DNA from: an uncultured Chloroflexia bacterium
GTDB taxonomy: Bacteria; Chloroflexota; Limnocylindria; Limnocylindrales; CSP1-4
Assembly (NCBI GenBank): GCA_963728605.1
Contig: CAVSKS010000009.1
Location: forward strand, 599,317 to 663,316
Direction: 5' to 3'
DNA: 64,000 nt
Part shown: positions 17,355-25,318 of the stretch, piece by piece
Layout of the letters: each line of letters starts with the position of its first letter
How positions within the stretch are numbered: position 1 is the stretch's first letter
The notes under the pieces: model-generated
What the model was told of the DNA's origin: nothing
The model's database searches: none
What the model saw: only the letters and a program-made list of their open reading frames with translations
Position numbers and translations under genes: made by a program

Positions 17355-19625
17355 TCAGCCCCGGCGGCGGACGTCAGTTCGCATGAGCTGCACCTGGTAA
17401 GGCTTGCCCGTCGATAGCAGCCAGAAGAGCGAGGTCGTGCCTTCCGACGTGCGAACGAAGGAGTCGACCAGGAGCGGCGAATACAGCCAGCCATCGATCG
17501 GCACGTCGTCCGGCGCGTACCGAACGGGCTGCAGCCCACCGGCGGGATTGTTGAGGTAGCGGCCGTACGCCTCGCTCGGCCGCAGGATCTCGATTCGGTC
17601 GGACCACGGCCCCCAGGGCGTTGGCGAGCTCCGAAGGACGATGGGTCGCTCCCACCCAGGATCGGCGCCGAAGTCGCTTGCACCCGCACGCAGGTGATAC
17701 GGCCAGCCCTCGGTGTACAGCGCGATCCAGCGGTCCAGGTCCGGCACCCACGACACCGACAGGAACGAGACCGACGGCACGTCGAAGAGCGGTGTCGCCA
17801 GGGTTGGGTCCAGGGTCCATCGAGGTTGATCCGGTGTCGTGGGATCCGCGGCCTGGAAGTACCTGATCGGGAGTTGCTCGGCGCTCGCCATGCCGGCGGC
17901 GACCCGCCAGGGCAGTGGCAAAGGGATGTAACCGAGATGGGCCGCCCACGGCGCATGGGCCTGACCCCAGATCAGCAGGCCCTCACCGTCTCGTTCGGGC
18001 AGGCCGGGCCAATCGGCGTTCCTGACCACGCGCCCGCCGGCAAGATTCAATCGATCGTGTGCGACGACTCCGGGCAGGCGCGGAGCGACCCTGTCCTGCG
18101 GGTCGCGGTTGATGTAGGTGATGGCGTAGTGCAGGTCGAAATCAGCCGCCAGGTCATCCGCGCTCGCGAGGAGGATCTGGCTGTCCTCCGTCGCTTCTGG
18201 CGGGATCGCATGGAAGAAGGCCCACACCCGGCCGTCGTGGAAGAAGCCGCCGGTCGGCGTCTCCAAAGCCTTGAGGTGGTGCATGCCGTGGACCCTGAAG
18301 GGTCTGTATCCGCCTCCAGCGGCCGGCTCACGAAGGAAGTCGAGGGCGAACCCGTCGGGTTCCACTTGGCGCGCATACGAGATCCCGATCGGATCGAGGT
18401 CTCGGCTGCGCGGGCCGCCGAACTCATCCCCGAACAGGAAGATGAGCTGCTCGCCGTACACGACCGGGAACCCGAGGTCCGTACCGCCGACACCGGCCGT
18501 GGTCGAGTCGTTGATATGGGGCAGATCCTCCGGGTCGTAGTTGCCGGTGAGCTGGCAGATCCGCTGGGTCGCGCCATGAATGGGGACGGGGCCCTGCCAA
18601 TCCGTAGTGCCCACGACCCAGGCGACGTGGAGGACCCCGTTGCCACCCATTGCGACAGCCGTCACCTGGTCGTCCTGCGCGGCCATGGCGACGCCGCCCG
18701 ACGGTTCGAGGACGGTGGGCCCGATGGGCACAGGACCGTTCCACTCGCCACCCTCGTTGACCCAGGCCACATGCAGGTCGCCGTCGGACCCGACGGCGGT
18801 CGCCGCGAGGATGTCATCGCCCTGTTTGACAGCCCCGACGCCGGACCAAGGCTCGAGCACCGGACCGCCGATGGGGATCGGCCCGTGCCACTGTCCGGTG
18901 CCGTCGACCCAGGCGATGTGAAGCGTCCCGTCGCGCCCGATCGCCGCCGCGGTGAGCGTATCGCCCGTCTGGTACGAGAGGGCGATCCCGGACTTGGGCT
19001 CGAGGACCGGACCGCCAACCGGGACCGGTCCCTGCCACTGTTGCACCTCGTTCACCCAGGCGATGTGCAGGGTCCCGTCGCGTCCGATCGCCGCACAAAC
19101 GAAGATGTCGTCGCCTTGCTTCCCCAGCGCCAGGCGCGACCAGGGCTCGAGGACCGCCGGCCCGACCGGGACCGGGCCTTGCCACTCCCCCGCGCCGTCG
19201 ACCCAGGCCACATGGAGTTGCCCGTTACGCCCGACGGCGGTGGCCACGAAGGTGCCATCCGTCTGGTGACCCAGGGCGACTCCGGACCGAGGTTCCAGGA
19301 TCGCTGGCCCGACGGGCACGGGATCGTGCCATGTCCCGGTACCGGTGGCCCACGCAACCCGGAGTCGACCATCGGTCCCGATGGCGGCCGCGGTCAGGAC
19401 GTCATCCGTCTGCCTGGCCAGGGCGACACCGGACCAGGGTTCGAGTTCGCCAGGTCCGACCGGCACCGGACCCTGCCATGGCCGGCCCCGATTTGCCCAG
19501 GCGACATTGAGCCGGCCAGTCCGGTCGATCGCGACAGCCGTGAGGATGTCGTCGGTCTGCTGGGCAATGGCCACGCCACTTCGTGGAGCAAGGTCGCCGT
19601 GAGCGAGCACCTCGATGTCGATCAT
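17355..19625 (-). CDS. protein with eight ~45-aa tandem beta-propeller-like repeats and a C-terminal DUF4185-like (glycosyl-hydrolase-like) domain
   Basis: 756 aa. Repeats of the form PVPVGPxxLEPWSGVAxxxQxDDxLTAAAIGxDGxLHVAWVxGxGxWxG. C-terminal domain carries VVYGEQLIFLFGDEF...PWGPW. ATG overlaps the stop of the upstream M14 gene (ATGA). Confidence 0.8.
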   Translation of the reverse strand: MIDIEVLAHGDLAPRSGVAIAQQTDDILTAVAIDRTGRLNVAWANRGRPWQGPVPVGPGELEPWSGVALARQTDDVLTAAAIGTDGRLRVAWATGTGTWHDPVPVGPAILEPRSGVALGHQTDGTFVATAVGRNGQLHVAWVDGAGEWQGPVPVGPAVLEPWSRLALGKQGDDIFVCAAIGRDGTLHIAWVNEVQQWQGPVPVGGPVLEPKSGIALSYQTGDTLTAAAIGRDGTLHIAWVDGTGQWHGPIPIGGPVLEPWSGVGAVKQGDDILAATAVGSDGDLHVAWVNEGGEWNGPVPIGPTVLEPSGGVAMAAQDDQVTAVAMGGNGVLHVAWVVGTTDWQGPVPIHGATQRICQLTGNYDPEDLPHINDSTTAGVGGTDLGFPVVYGEQLIFLFGDEFGGPRSRDLDPIGISYARQVEPDGFALDFLREPAAGGGYRPFRVHGMHHLKALETPTGGFFHDGRVWAFFHAIPPEATEDSQILLASADDLAADFDLHYAITYINRDPQDRVAPRLPGVVAHDRLNLAGGRVVRNADWPGLPERDGEGLLIWGQAHAPWAAHLGYIPLPLPWRVAAGMASAEQLPIRYFQAADPTTPDQPRWTLDPTLATPLFDVPSVSFLSVSWVPDLDRWIALYTEGWPYHLRAGASDFGADPGWERPIVLRSSPTPWGPWSDRIEILRPSEAYGRYLNNPAGGLQPVRYAPDDVPIDGWLYSPLLVDSFVRTSEGTTSLFWLLSTGKPYQVQLMRTDVRRRG
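18515..19595 (-). repeat. eight in-frame tandem coding repeats of about 135 bp
   Basis: Correspond to the 45-aa protein repeats of the 17355-19625 gene. Diverged copies, not a CRISPR array. Confidence 0.7.
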
Positions 19626-21244
19626 GTCGACGTCCCCCGCTTCGCCGGCCTTCTCGTCCGCTTGGGCGATACCGCTGCCGGGGCCTCCCGCATCAGGGTC
19701 GCCACGACTCGGGAGACGGTTCGACCCTGGGCCGCCGTGAGCCGCTTCTGCACCTGCGCGAGGTCCCGCTTGACCTTCGGGTCCTCAATTCGGCGCGACA
19801 GGGCTCGGACAAATCTCCTCGCCCGGGCGGTGTCGGCGGCGGTGAGCTTGCTGGAGTTGCGCTCGATCAGCTCGGTCGCCCGTCCGAGGAGCTCAGCCGC
19901 CTCCCGCTGCAGCTTCTCGTCCTCGAGGACGATGGCGAGGACCGGTCGCTGGACGCGGTCGAACAGGTCGAGCCAGCCCTGGCCAGCGTCGGTGGTCGCG
20001 AGCGTCTCGTCGCGCAGGGCCCGGATCGCCTTGACGTCCCGAACGTTGTCGAACAGGGAAACGCCGACGAACTCGATCGCGCAGATGGTCTGCTCGATGA
20101 GGGTCAGGATCGCCGCCTTGGTGTCCTTCTTCGTGTCGGCGAGGCGGGTGGCATCCGATGGGTGGAAGTCCTGCCAGTCGTTGTCCGTGTCCTGCCCGCA
20201 CTCGAAGGCGAAGGCATAGGTCTTCTGGAGCCCCGGGTTCCGAAGGTGCTGGCTGTAGACGTAGTCGGAGCTCGTGCCTGAGGCGCCCGTCGGATAGATC
20301 GAGTGGATGGGCTGCGGCGTGTAGTTCCGTCCCCGGACCATCCGGACGGAGTTGACGACCCGCTGGGCGACGACCTGATAGCGCCGGAGATCCGCCGACG
20401 GGATGTACTCCTGGTACGTCGGCGGGTTCAACAGGGCGCAGCTTCCCGAAGCCAGGGTCGTGAAGTTCTGGCCCGGCGTCGTGGTCTGGAGCCGGGCGTG
20501 GCCCCACGGATACATGATCAGCTCTTTGAAGGAGTGCACGTCGACGAAGACGTTGACCTTGAACGTCTCGCAGAAGGTCCGGATGTTGCGAGCCTCGGGC
20601 TCGGAGAATGCGGCGGGGCCGCAGTAGGTCTGGTACGGATTGCAGACGTCGCACGACGTCGCCGAAGTGATCGTTGCCCAGGCGATGTCGAAGTTGCGGT
20701 TGACATCGACGCCGACGCACGGCGAGTTGAGGTTGTCGTGGCGGTTCATCCGCCACATGTCGTCCTCGTCCATCGCGTACTGCCGGCCATCGGGGTTGGC
20801 GGTCGGGATGAGCCAGATGTCGAGGGTCTCGACCATCAGCCTCACGTCCTGGGCGGACCACTTCCGGCCCTGGGTGCTGCTGGCGGAGCCCTTGTAGGTG
20901 ATGCCCTGGCCGAGCAGGTACGACCGCACGAGATCGCCGGCGAGCTCGATGATGGCGTCCGGGTTCATGTACTCCCGGGCATGCACGCCGCCGATCGCGA
21001 GGAAGCCGCGCCGACCGGAGCCACCGCCCGCCGCGATCTTCAGCGCGTAGACCGGGCGATCTCCTTCGGTTCGATGCGGCAACTCCCGTCGCGTGCACAG
21101 CCACGGGAACGACGACGCCAGGTGCAGCATGATGTTGTCGATCTGGTCGACCGTTCGGTACACCGTCGTCAGCCCTTCTTCGTCCGGCGAGGCGAGCCCT
21201 CGGGCCCCTCGCGGGGAAGGTCCCCAAAGGTTTCCTCGAGCCAC
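19622..21244 (-). CDS. M14-family zinc carboxypeptidase
   Basis: HAREY...NPDG, VDVNRNF and DVHSF motifs are the zinc and substrate-binding signatures of M14 peptidases. Confidence 0.85.
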   Translation of the reverse strand: MARGNLWGPSPRGARGLASPDEEGLTTVYRTVDQIDNIMLHLASSFPWLCTRRELPHRTEGDRPVYALKIAAGGGSGRRGFLAIGGVHAREYMNPDAIIELAGDLVRSYLLGQGITYKGSASSTQGRKWSAQDVRLMVETLDIWLIPTANPDGRQYAMDEDDMWRMNRHDNLNSPCVGVDVNRNFDIAWATITSATSCDVCNPYQTYCGPAAFSEPEARNIRTFCETFKVNVFVDVHSFKELIMYPWGHARLQTTTPGQNFTTLASGSCALLNPPTYQEYIPSADLRRYQVVAQRVVNSVRMVRGRNYTPQPIHSIYPTGASGTSSDYVYSQHLRNPGLQKTYAFAFECGQDTDNDWQDFHPSDATRLADTKKDTKAAILTLIEQTICAIEFVGVSLFDNVRDVKAIRALRDETLATTDAGQGWLDLFDRVQRPVLAIVLEDEKLQREAAELLGRATELIERNSSKLTAADTARARRFVRALSRRIEDPKVKRDLAQVQKRLTAAQGRTVSRVVATLMREAPAAVSPKRTRRPAKRGTST

Positions 21245-21528
21245 TGCTGCACGGACTGATCCGTGGCGATCAGCTCACGTGGGAACGGCTGGATCGGGTG
21301 GTGGCGACGGATGCGGACCTCGTAACCCCGATCGACGAGGTCAACAATTCCCTCGGCGGTGATCAGCACCCTCAGGCGGCCGTACCGGTCCGGCATCCGG
21401 TCCAGCGGCTCCGCGTCGAGCTCACGGATATCCTTGCGACCGCGTCCCGGGTGGATCGTCGCGTCGAAGCGACCGGAGCTCGGTGGCGGCTGGGCGACCT
21501 GCTTCGGGCGGCGTGAGCGCTCTGCCAT
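21169..21528 (-). CDS. hypothetical protein sharing its N-terminal about 35 aa with the duplicated gene family at 23745-24329
   Basis: SSGRFDATIHPGRGRKDI matches SPGRFVATIHPGRDQKDL. The downstream sequence is unrelated. Confidence 0.3.
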   Translation of the reverse strand: MAERSRRPKQVAQPPPSSGRFDATIHPGRGRKDIRELDAEPLDRMPDRYGRLRVLITAEGIVDLVDRGYEVRIRRHHPIQPFPRELIATDQSVQQWLEETFGDLPREGPEGSPRRTKKG

Positions 21529-21702
21529 GTCGAAACCCTATGCGCGGGCCGTCTCGACAGCGTCTCGCCTCCGAGGCTGGCAGACAACGATCCGATGACA
21601 CCCGCGATGCACGACCTCATCGCCTGGGCACGAACCAACTGGCCGTAGCGACCGATCGCCCGGACGCCGGCGTTGTCGTTCGGGTGGCTGAGGGCTGCCG
21701 GG

Positions 21703-22311
21703 CTACCCGCCTCGGAGCTCGAAGCCGACGGCGCCGGGCCTGGCGAGCAGGCCGTCGAGTGACAGATCGGCGAGGAGCGTCTGGCGAATGGTCTCGCCGA
21801 GGTCGTTGAAGGTGGCCGCCGGCGCCGAGACCGTGATTCGGTGCCGCTTCCCGAAGGGACGGACGCCGGCCATGGTGAGAGAGACCACGTCGGCTCCCGA
21901 GGGCGAGCGACGGACGATCCGTGCCAGCCCGCTCACCGGCGATCGCATCATGTCGTCGACCTCGCCGTCGGTCGTCCAGATGTAGCCCACTGGAATGACG
22001 GGCGCCCGTCCCCACGTCCTGGTCCATGCCAGGCCCGCCTCGAGGCGACGCTGGGACTGGCCGGGAAAGTCCGTCGCGGAGATCCAGACCCAGCGGTCCG
22101 CGAGGCGTCGGCCCCAGTAGTGGGTGACGGCGCCGGGGCGCTGTGCGACGTCGAACCGTTCGCCGCCGACCTCCACCCAACCGTCGAACGTTGTCTTCGC
22201 CGACGCTCCCTGATTTCGCGCCGCGGGTGAGCAATGCGTTCGAGATCGCAGCGAGAGCCTTCGCGGCGCGCTGCCCAGTCGCCGTGCTGGAACCGACATC
22301 GCCTCGTTCAT
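21703..22311 (-). CDS. hypothetical protein, duplicate copy 1 (N-terminus diverged or replaced)
   Basis: About 500 bp (21690-22190) is about 90% identical to 23740-24235. Body WVEVGGERFDVAQRPGAVTHYWGRRLADRWVWISATDF... Family unknown. Confidence 0.45.
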   Translation of the reverse strand: MNEAMSVPARRLGSAPRRLSLRSRTHCSPAARNQGASAKTTFDGWVEVGGERFDVAQRPGAVTHYWGRRLADRWVWISATDFPGQSQRRLEAGLAWTRTWGRAPVIPVGYIWTTDGEVDDMMRSPVSGLARIVRRSPSGADVVSLTMAGVRPFGKRHRITVSAPAATFNDLGETIRQTLLADLSLDGLLARPGAVGFELRGG

Positions 22312-22485
22312 CGGCGGGCAGCCTTAATCGGTCCCGGTCCCGCTCGGCCTTAACAACGCGGTGTCCTCAAGTGTGATGCGTTCGCGCGACGCTTGAATGT
22401 GGGGTGTCCCGGGCTGATGATGCGTGGTGGTTTTGGACGCTGCGTCGACGTGTAGGCGCGGCCCGGTTGCATTGGGAGGCTGGAC

Positions 22486-22650
22486 ATGACACTCACCGCC
22501 CGGTCGGTACTGCTTCTCGTCGCCGTGGTGCTCTTCGTAATCGCCGCGATCGGCATCGATCTGGGCAACATCTCCCCCACGGCCCTGGGACTCGCCTGCT
22601 TCGCGGCAGCGTTCCTAGTGCCGGACTCGGTCCTCAGCCGCCGCCCGTAG
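22486..22650 (+). CDS. small hypothetical membrane protein (54 aa)
   Basis: GGGAGG 6 nt before the ATG. MTLTARSVLLLVAVVLFVIAAIGIDLGNISPTALGLACFAAAFLV has two hydrophobic helices. Not in the ORF track because it is under 60 aa. Confidence 0.4.
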   Translation: MTLTARSVLLLVAVVLFVIAAIGIDLGNISPTALGLACFAAAFLVPDSVLSRRP

Positions 22651-22876
22651 CAAGGGCTTCGAGGAGCGGCGGTCGGATCCGCCTGAGCGGCACGACCAGA
22701 TCCACCTCGGCCAGATTCGGGAGGGGTGCGGGCTCGGGCGATACGAGCCGGACGTCGACGTTCGCCGGCAGATCGCCCATGTGGGTCCGCTCGGGCATGT
22801 CGGGCAGGCAGTCGACGACCGTGTCTGGACGCGCTAGATCGTGGCTTCGCGCGCCTGTCATGCCGTTGGACGGTGC

Positions 22877-23485
22877 TCAGTCGCCTAGCAGGGCGGGCCT
22901 TGGGCCGCTGAAGCGGTCGTATCGCTCGAGATACCCCATTCTGCGACCGACGGGGGCGAGCAAGGCCGACAGCGGCCCAACGATCCAGCTGAGCGGCGGT
23001 GGCGGGGCCGCTTCGCGCCGGTACGCCCGGGCAAGCACCATCATCTGCAGCGGGTTCGGGACGCCACGCTTGTTGACCTTGCCCTCCGCGGCCAAGCCGA
23101 ACATGGTCTCGAACAGTGTCTCCATGTCGAGTGCCGGGCGGAGTTGGATGAGCGTCGCCGCTTCGGCGTCACCGGGATTCCACCAGTTGTGCGGCACACC
23201 GGCGGGCACGACGGCGACCTCGCCGGGCCGGTAGAGGCGTTTGGTTCGGCCGACCTGGATCATCACGGGTGCCCCGCCGACTTCAAAGCGCTCCTCGGCG
23301 TTCGGGTGCACATGCGGCGTTGCGATGAAGCCGCCGGGCGCCATCCGGAGCATGAATTCCAGCATCTCGCCGTCGGTGTCGGCGGCCCGCTTGCGGAAGA
23401 CGAGGCGCTCGCCGGTCACGGGGTGGACGAGCGGATTCTCTTCCGTTCCGATCCGGAAGTCCTCGGTCGGCGCTGCTGAGGTCAT
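22877..23485 (-). CDS. cupin-domain protein
   Basis: Internal ATG at 23485. ATPHVHPNAEERFEVGGAPVMIQVG...GEVAVVPAGVPHNWWNPGD is the cupin motif pair. Confidence 0.75.
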   Translation of the reverse strand: MTSAAPTEDFRIGTEENPLVHPVTGERLVFRKRAADTDGEMLEFMLRMAPGGFIATPHVHPNAEERFEVGGAPVMIQVGRTKRLYRPGEVAVVPAGVPHNWWNPGDAEAATLIQLRPALDMETLFETMFGLAAEGKVNKRGVPNPLQMMVLARAYRREAAPPPPLSWIVGPLSALLAPVGRRMGYLERYDRFSGPRPALLGD

Positions 23486-23744
23486 CGCGTGCCTCGTGTG
23501 TCGTGACGGCCTGACGACGATACGCCATCGACGCCTCGGACGGCGGCGGGACGCTGCGAGCACGCCAGCATCGTCGTTCGGCTGGTCTCGCCGAGTTAGC
23601 CGCGCGATGGCTCGGTCACCGCGATGTCTCGACCGTCGTGTGCTGCGTCGACGAGGCGGACGCGCGCCGAACCGCCCGATACGAGAGCAAGACGAGCGGC
23701 ACCTGACCCAGCGGCGCCTGGATGTCCGGGTCGAGTTGCGCGGG

Positions 23745-24329
23745 CTACCGGCCTCGGAGCTCGAAGCCGACGGAGCCGGGCCTGGCGTGCAGGCCGTCGA
23801 ATAGGAGATCGGCCAGGAGCGTTTGGCGAATGCTTTCGCCGAGGTCGTTGAAGGTGGCTACCGGCGCTGAGACCGTGATTCGGTGGGGCTTCCCGAAGGG
23901 ACGCACGCTGGCCATAATCAGGGACACGGTGTCGGCGCCCGAGGGCGACCGGCTGACGATCCGTGCCAGGCCGCTCACCGGTGATCGCATCATGTCGTCG
24001 CCCTCGCCGTCGGTCGTCCAGATGTAGCCGACCGGAATGGCGGGCCCTCGTCCCCACGTCCTGGTCCATGCCGGGCCCGCCTCGAGGCGGCGCTGGGGCT
24101 CGTCAGGAAAGTCCGTCGCGGAGATCCAGACCCAGCGGTCCGCGAGGCGCCGACCCCAGTAGTGGGTGACCGCGCCGGGGCGCTGTGCGACCTCGAACCG
24201 CTCGCCGTCGACCTCCACCCATAGGCCGCTGAGGTCCTTCTGGTCGCGTCCGGGATGGATCGTCGCGACGAAACGTCCCGGAGAGATCGGCACCGCCGGG
24301 CTGTCGCGCTTGCTTCGTTTGAGCGCCAT
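23745..24329 (-). CDS. hypothetical protein, duplicate copy 2 (intact)
   Basis: 194 aa. MALKRSKRDSPAVPISPGRFVATIHPGRDQKDLSGLWVEVDGERFEVAQRPGAVTHYW... Confidence 0.55.
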   Translation of the reverse strand: MALKRSKRDSPAVPISPGRFVATIHPGRDQKDLSGLWVEVDGERFEVAQRPGAVTHYWGRRLADRWVWISATDFPDEPQRRLEAGPAWTRTWGRGPAIPVGYIWTTDGEGDDMMRSPVSGLARIVSRSPSGADTVSLIMASVRPFGKPHRITVSAPVATFNDLGESIRQTLLADLLFDGLHARPGSVGFELRGR

Positions 24330-24394
24330 ATGGCGAACCTATCACGGCCCTGTCGCTGGATCGTCTCGCCGCACGGAGCTGCCGACGCTCGACC

Positions 24395-24500
24395 TTGCGC
24401 AGCCAAGCCGGTCCGTCGGCCGTCTGCCCGGCCCGCCGCATCCGCTCGACCTCGTGGCGAAGGCACTTGCTCGGCCAGCCGTCCCCACGGATCGCCTTGA
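24395..24500 (-). pseudogene. 3'-terminal fragment of an S4-domain (Hsp15-like) gene
   Basis: Translates to ...AIKAIRGDGWPSKCLRHEVERMRRAGQ, compared with GIKAVRGEGRPSKRLRRELERMRRAGQA at the end of the intact gene at 33160-33531. DNA similarity about 80%. Confidence 0.45.
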
Positions 24501-24523
24501 TGGCGGGGGCGATCGCCCGCTGA

Positions 24524-25273
24524 TCAGCCCTTCTGCTCCGGCTCGTCCACGAACCAGCCGCGGACGATCTCTTCCCAGCCCTCTTCGGGAAGGCCCATCT
24601 CGGACCGCTCGGCCACGGACATGTTCGCCAGCAGCGCGACGGACTTGCGGGCCTGGAACGCGCGACTTGCCGGGGTCCGCCCTCGTGCTTCGATTCGCTT
24701 CCAACGCTCCTTGGCCGATGGCTTGTTCCGGTCGGCGGCCGTCTTGCGGACGACCCACCGACCGAGCCATGCCTGGAGCGACGGCGATCGCTCTGAGAAC
24801 GACGCGCGAAAGCGTTCGGCGCTGGCCCACTCGGTCAGATCCTCCGGGTCCCAGTCGATTACGGCGCCGGTCGCGGTATCGACGCAGGTCCAGCCCGGGT
24901 CGAGCTGGACGAGCGGCAGCAGCGTCCCCGGCCACCGCCGTCGCCGCGGAAGCTCTTCGCCTGCCCGACGAAAGCGCGTCTCCTTCAGCAGGCCCGCCAG
25001 CGATAGCAGGCCCGAGCCGGGACCGAAGCCGCCATCGGCGACCTCCGTGTAGAGACGCACGAGGAACGGTGGGAACGTCACCTCGAGTGCCTTCTCGATC
25101 GAGCGAAGGTCGGCCAGGGCGGCCGGTCGGGGCAGTTCCCGGCGACCGCCAAACAAGCCGCGGAGCGAGAATCCGCGCGGCGCGAGTTCGGTCCTGCGAT
25201 CGGGATCTGCCGCCCGAGTCCGGAGCTGCTCGAGGAGAGCGTCAGCGTCGAGTTCCGAGCCGTCACCGGTCAC
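24524..25273 (-). CDS. SMI1/KNR4 (SUKH-1) family protein, immunity-protein-like
   Basis: LEVTFPPFLVRLYTEVADGGFG...LLSLAGL is the SMI1/KNR4 pattern. Confidence 0.65.
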   Translation of the reverse strand: MTGDGSELDADALLEQLRTRAADPDRRTELAPRGFSLRGLFGGRRELPRPAALADLRSIEKALEVTFPPFLVRLYTEVADGGFGPGSGLLSLAGLLKETRFRRAGEELPRRRRWPGTLLPLVQLDPGWTCVDTATGAVIDWDPEDLTEWASAERFRASFSERSPSLQAWLGRWVVRKTAADRNKPSAKERWKRIEARGRTPASRAFQARKSVALLANMSVAERSEMGLPEEGWEEIVRGWFVDEPEQKG

Positions 25274-25318
25274 GGTTGGTTCGCTCCTTCAAGCTGAAGA
25301 GGTCGGCGGCCGACGGCA

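Noticed and set aside
18515-19595. Regular ~135-bp tandem repeats as a possible CRISPR array
   Set aside because: The repeats are in-frame, encode a conserved 45-aa protein repeat and have no unique spacers. The PT-linker repeats at 48407-48640 are likewise coding.
22634-22861. 75-aa minus-strand ORF downstream of the cupin gene
   Set aside because: No ribosome-binding site or recognisable motif. It overlaps the end of the small membrane ORF. Insufficient support.
22404-23234. 276-aa plus-strand ORF across the cupin locus
   Set aside because: Arg/Ser-rich. It overlaps the well-supported cupin gene on the opposite strand and has no ribosome-binding site.
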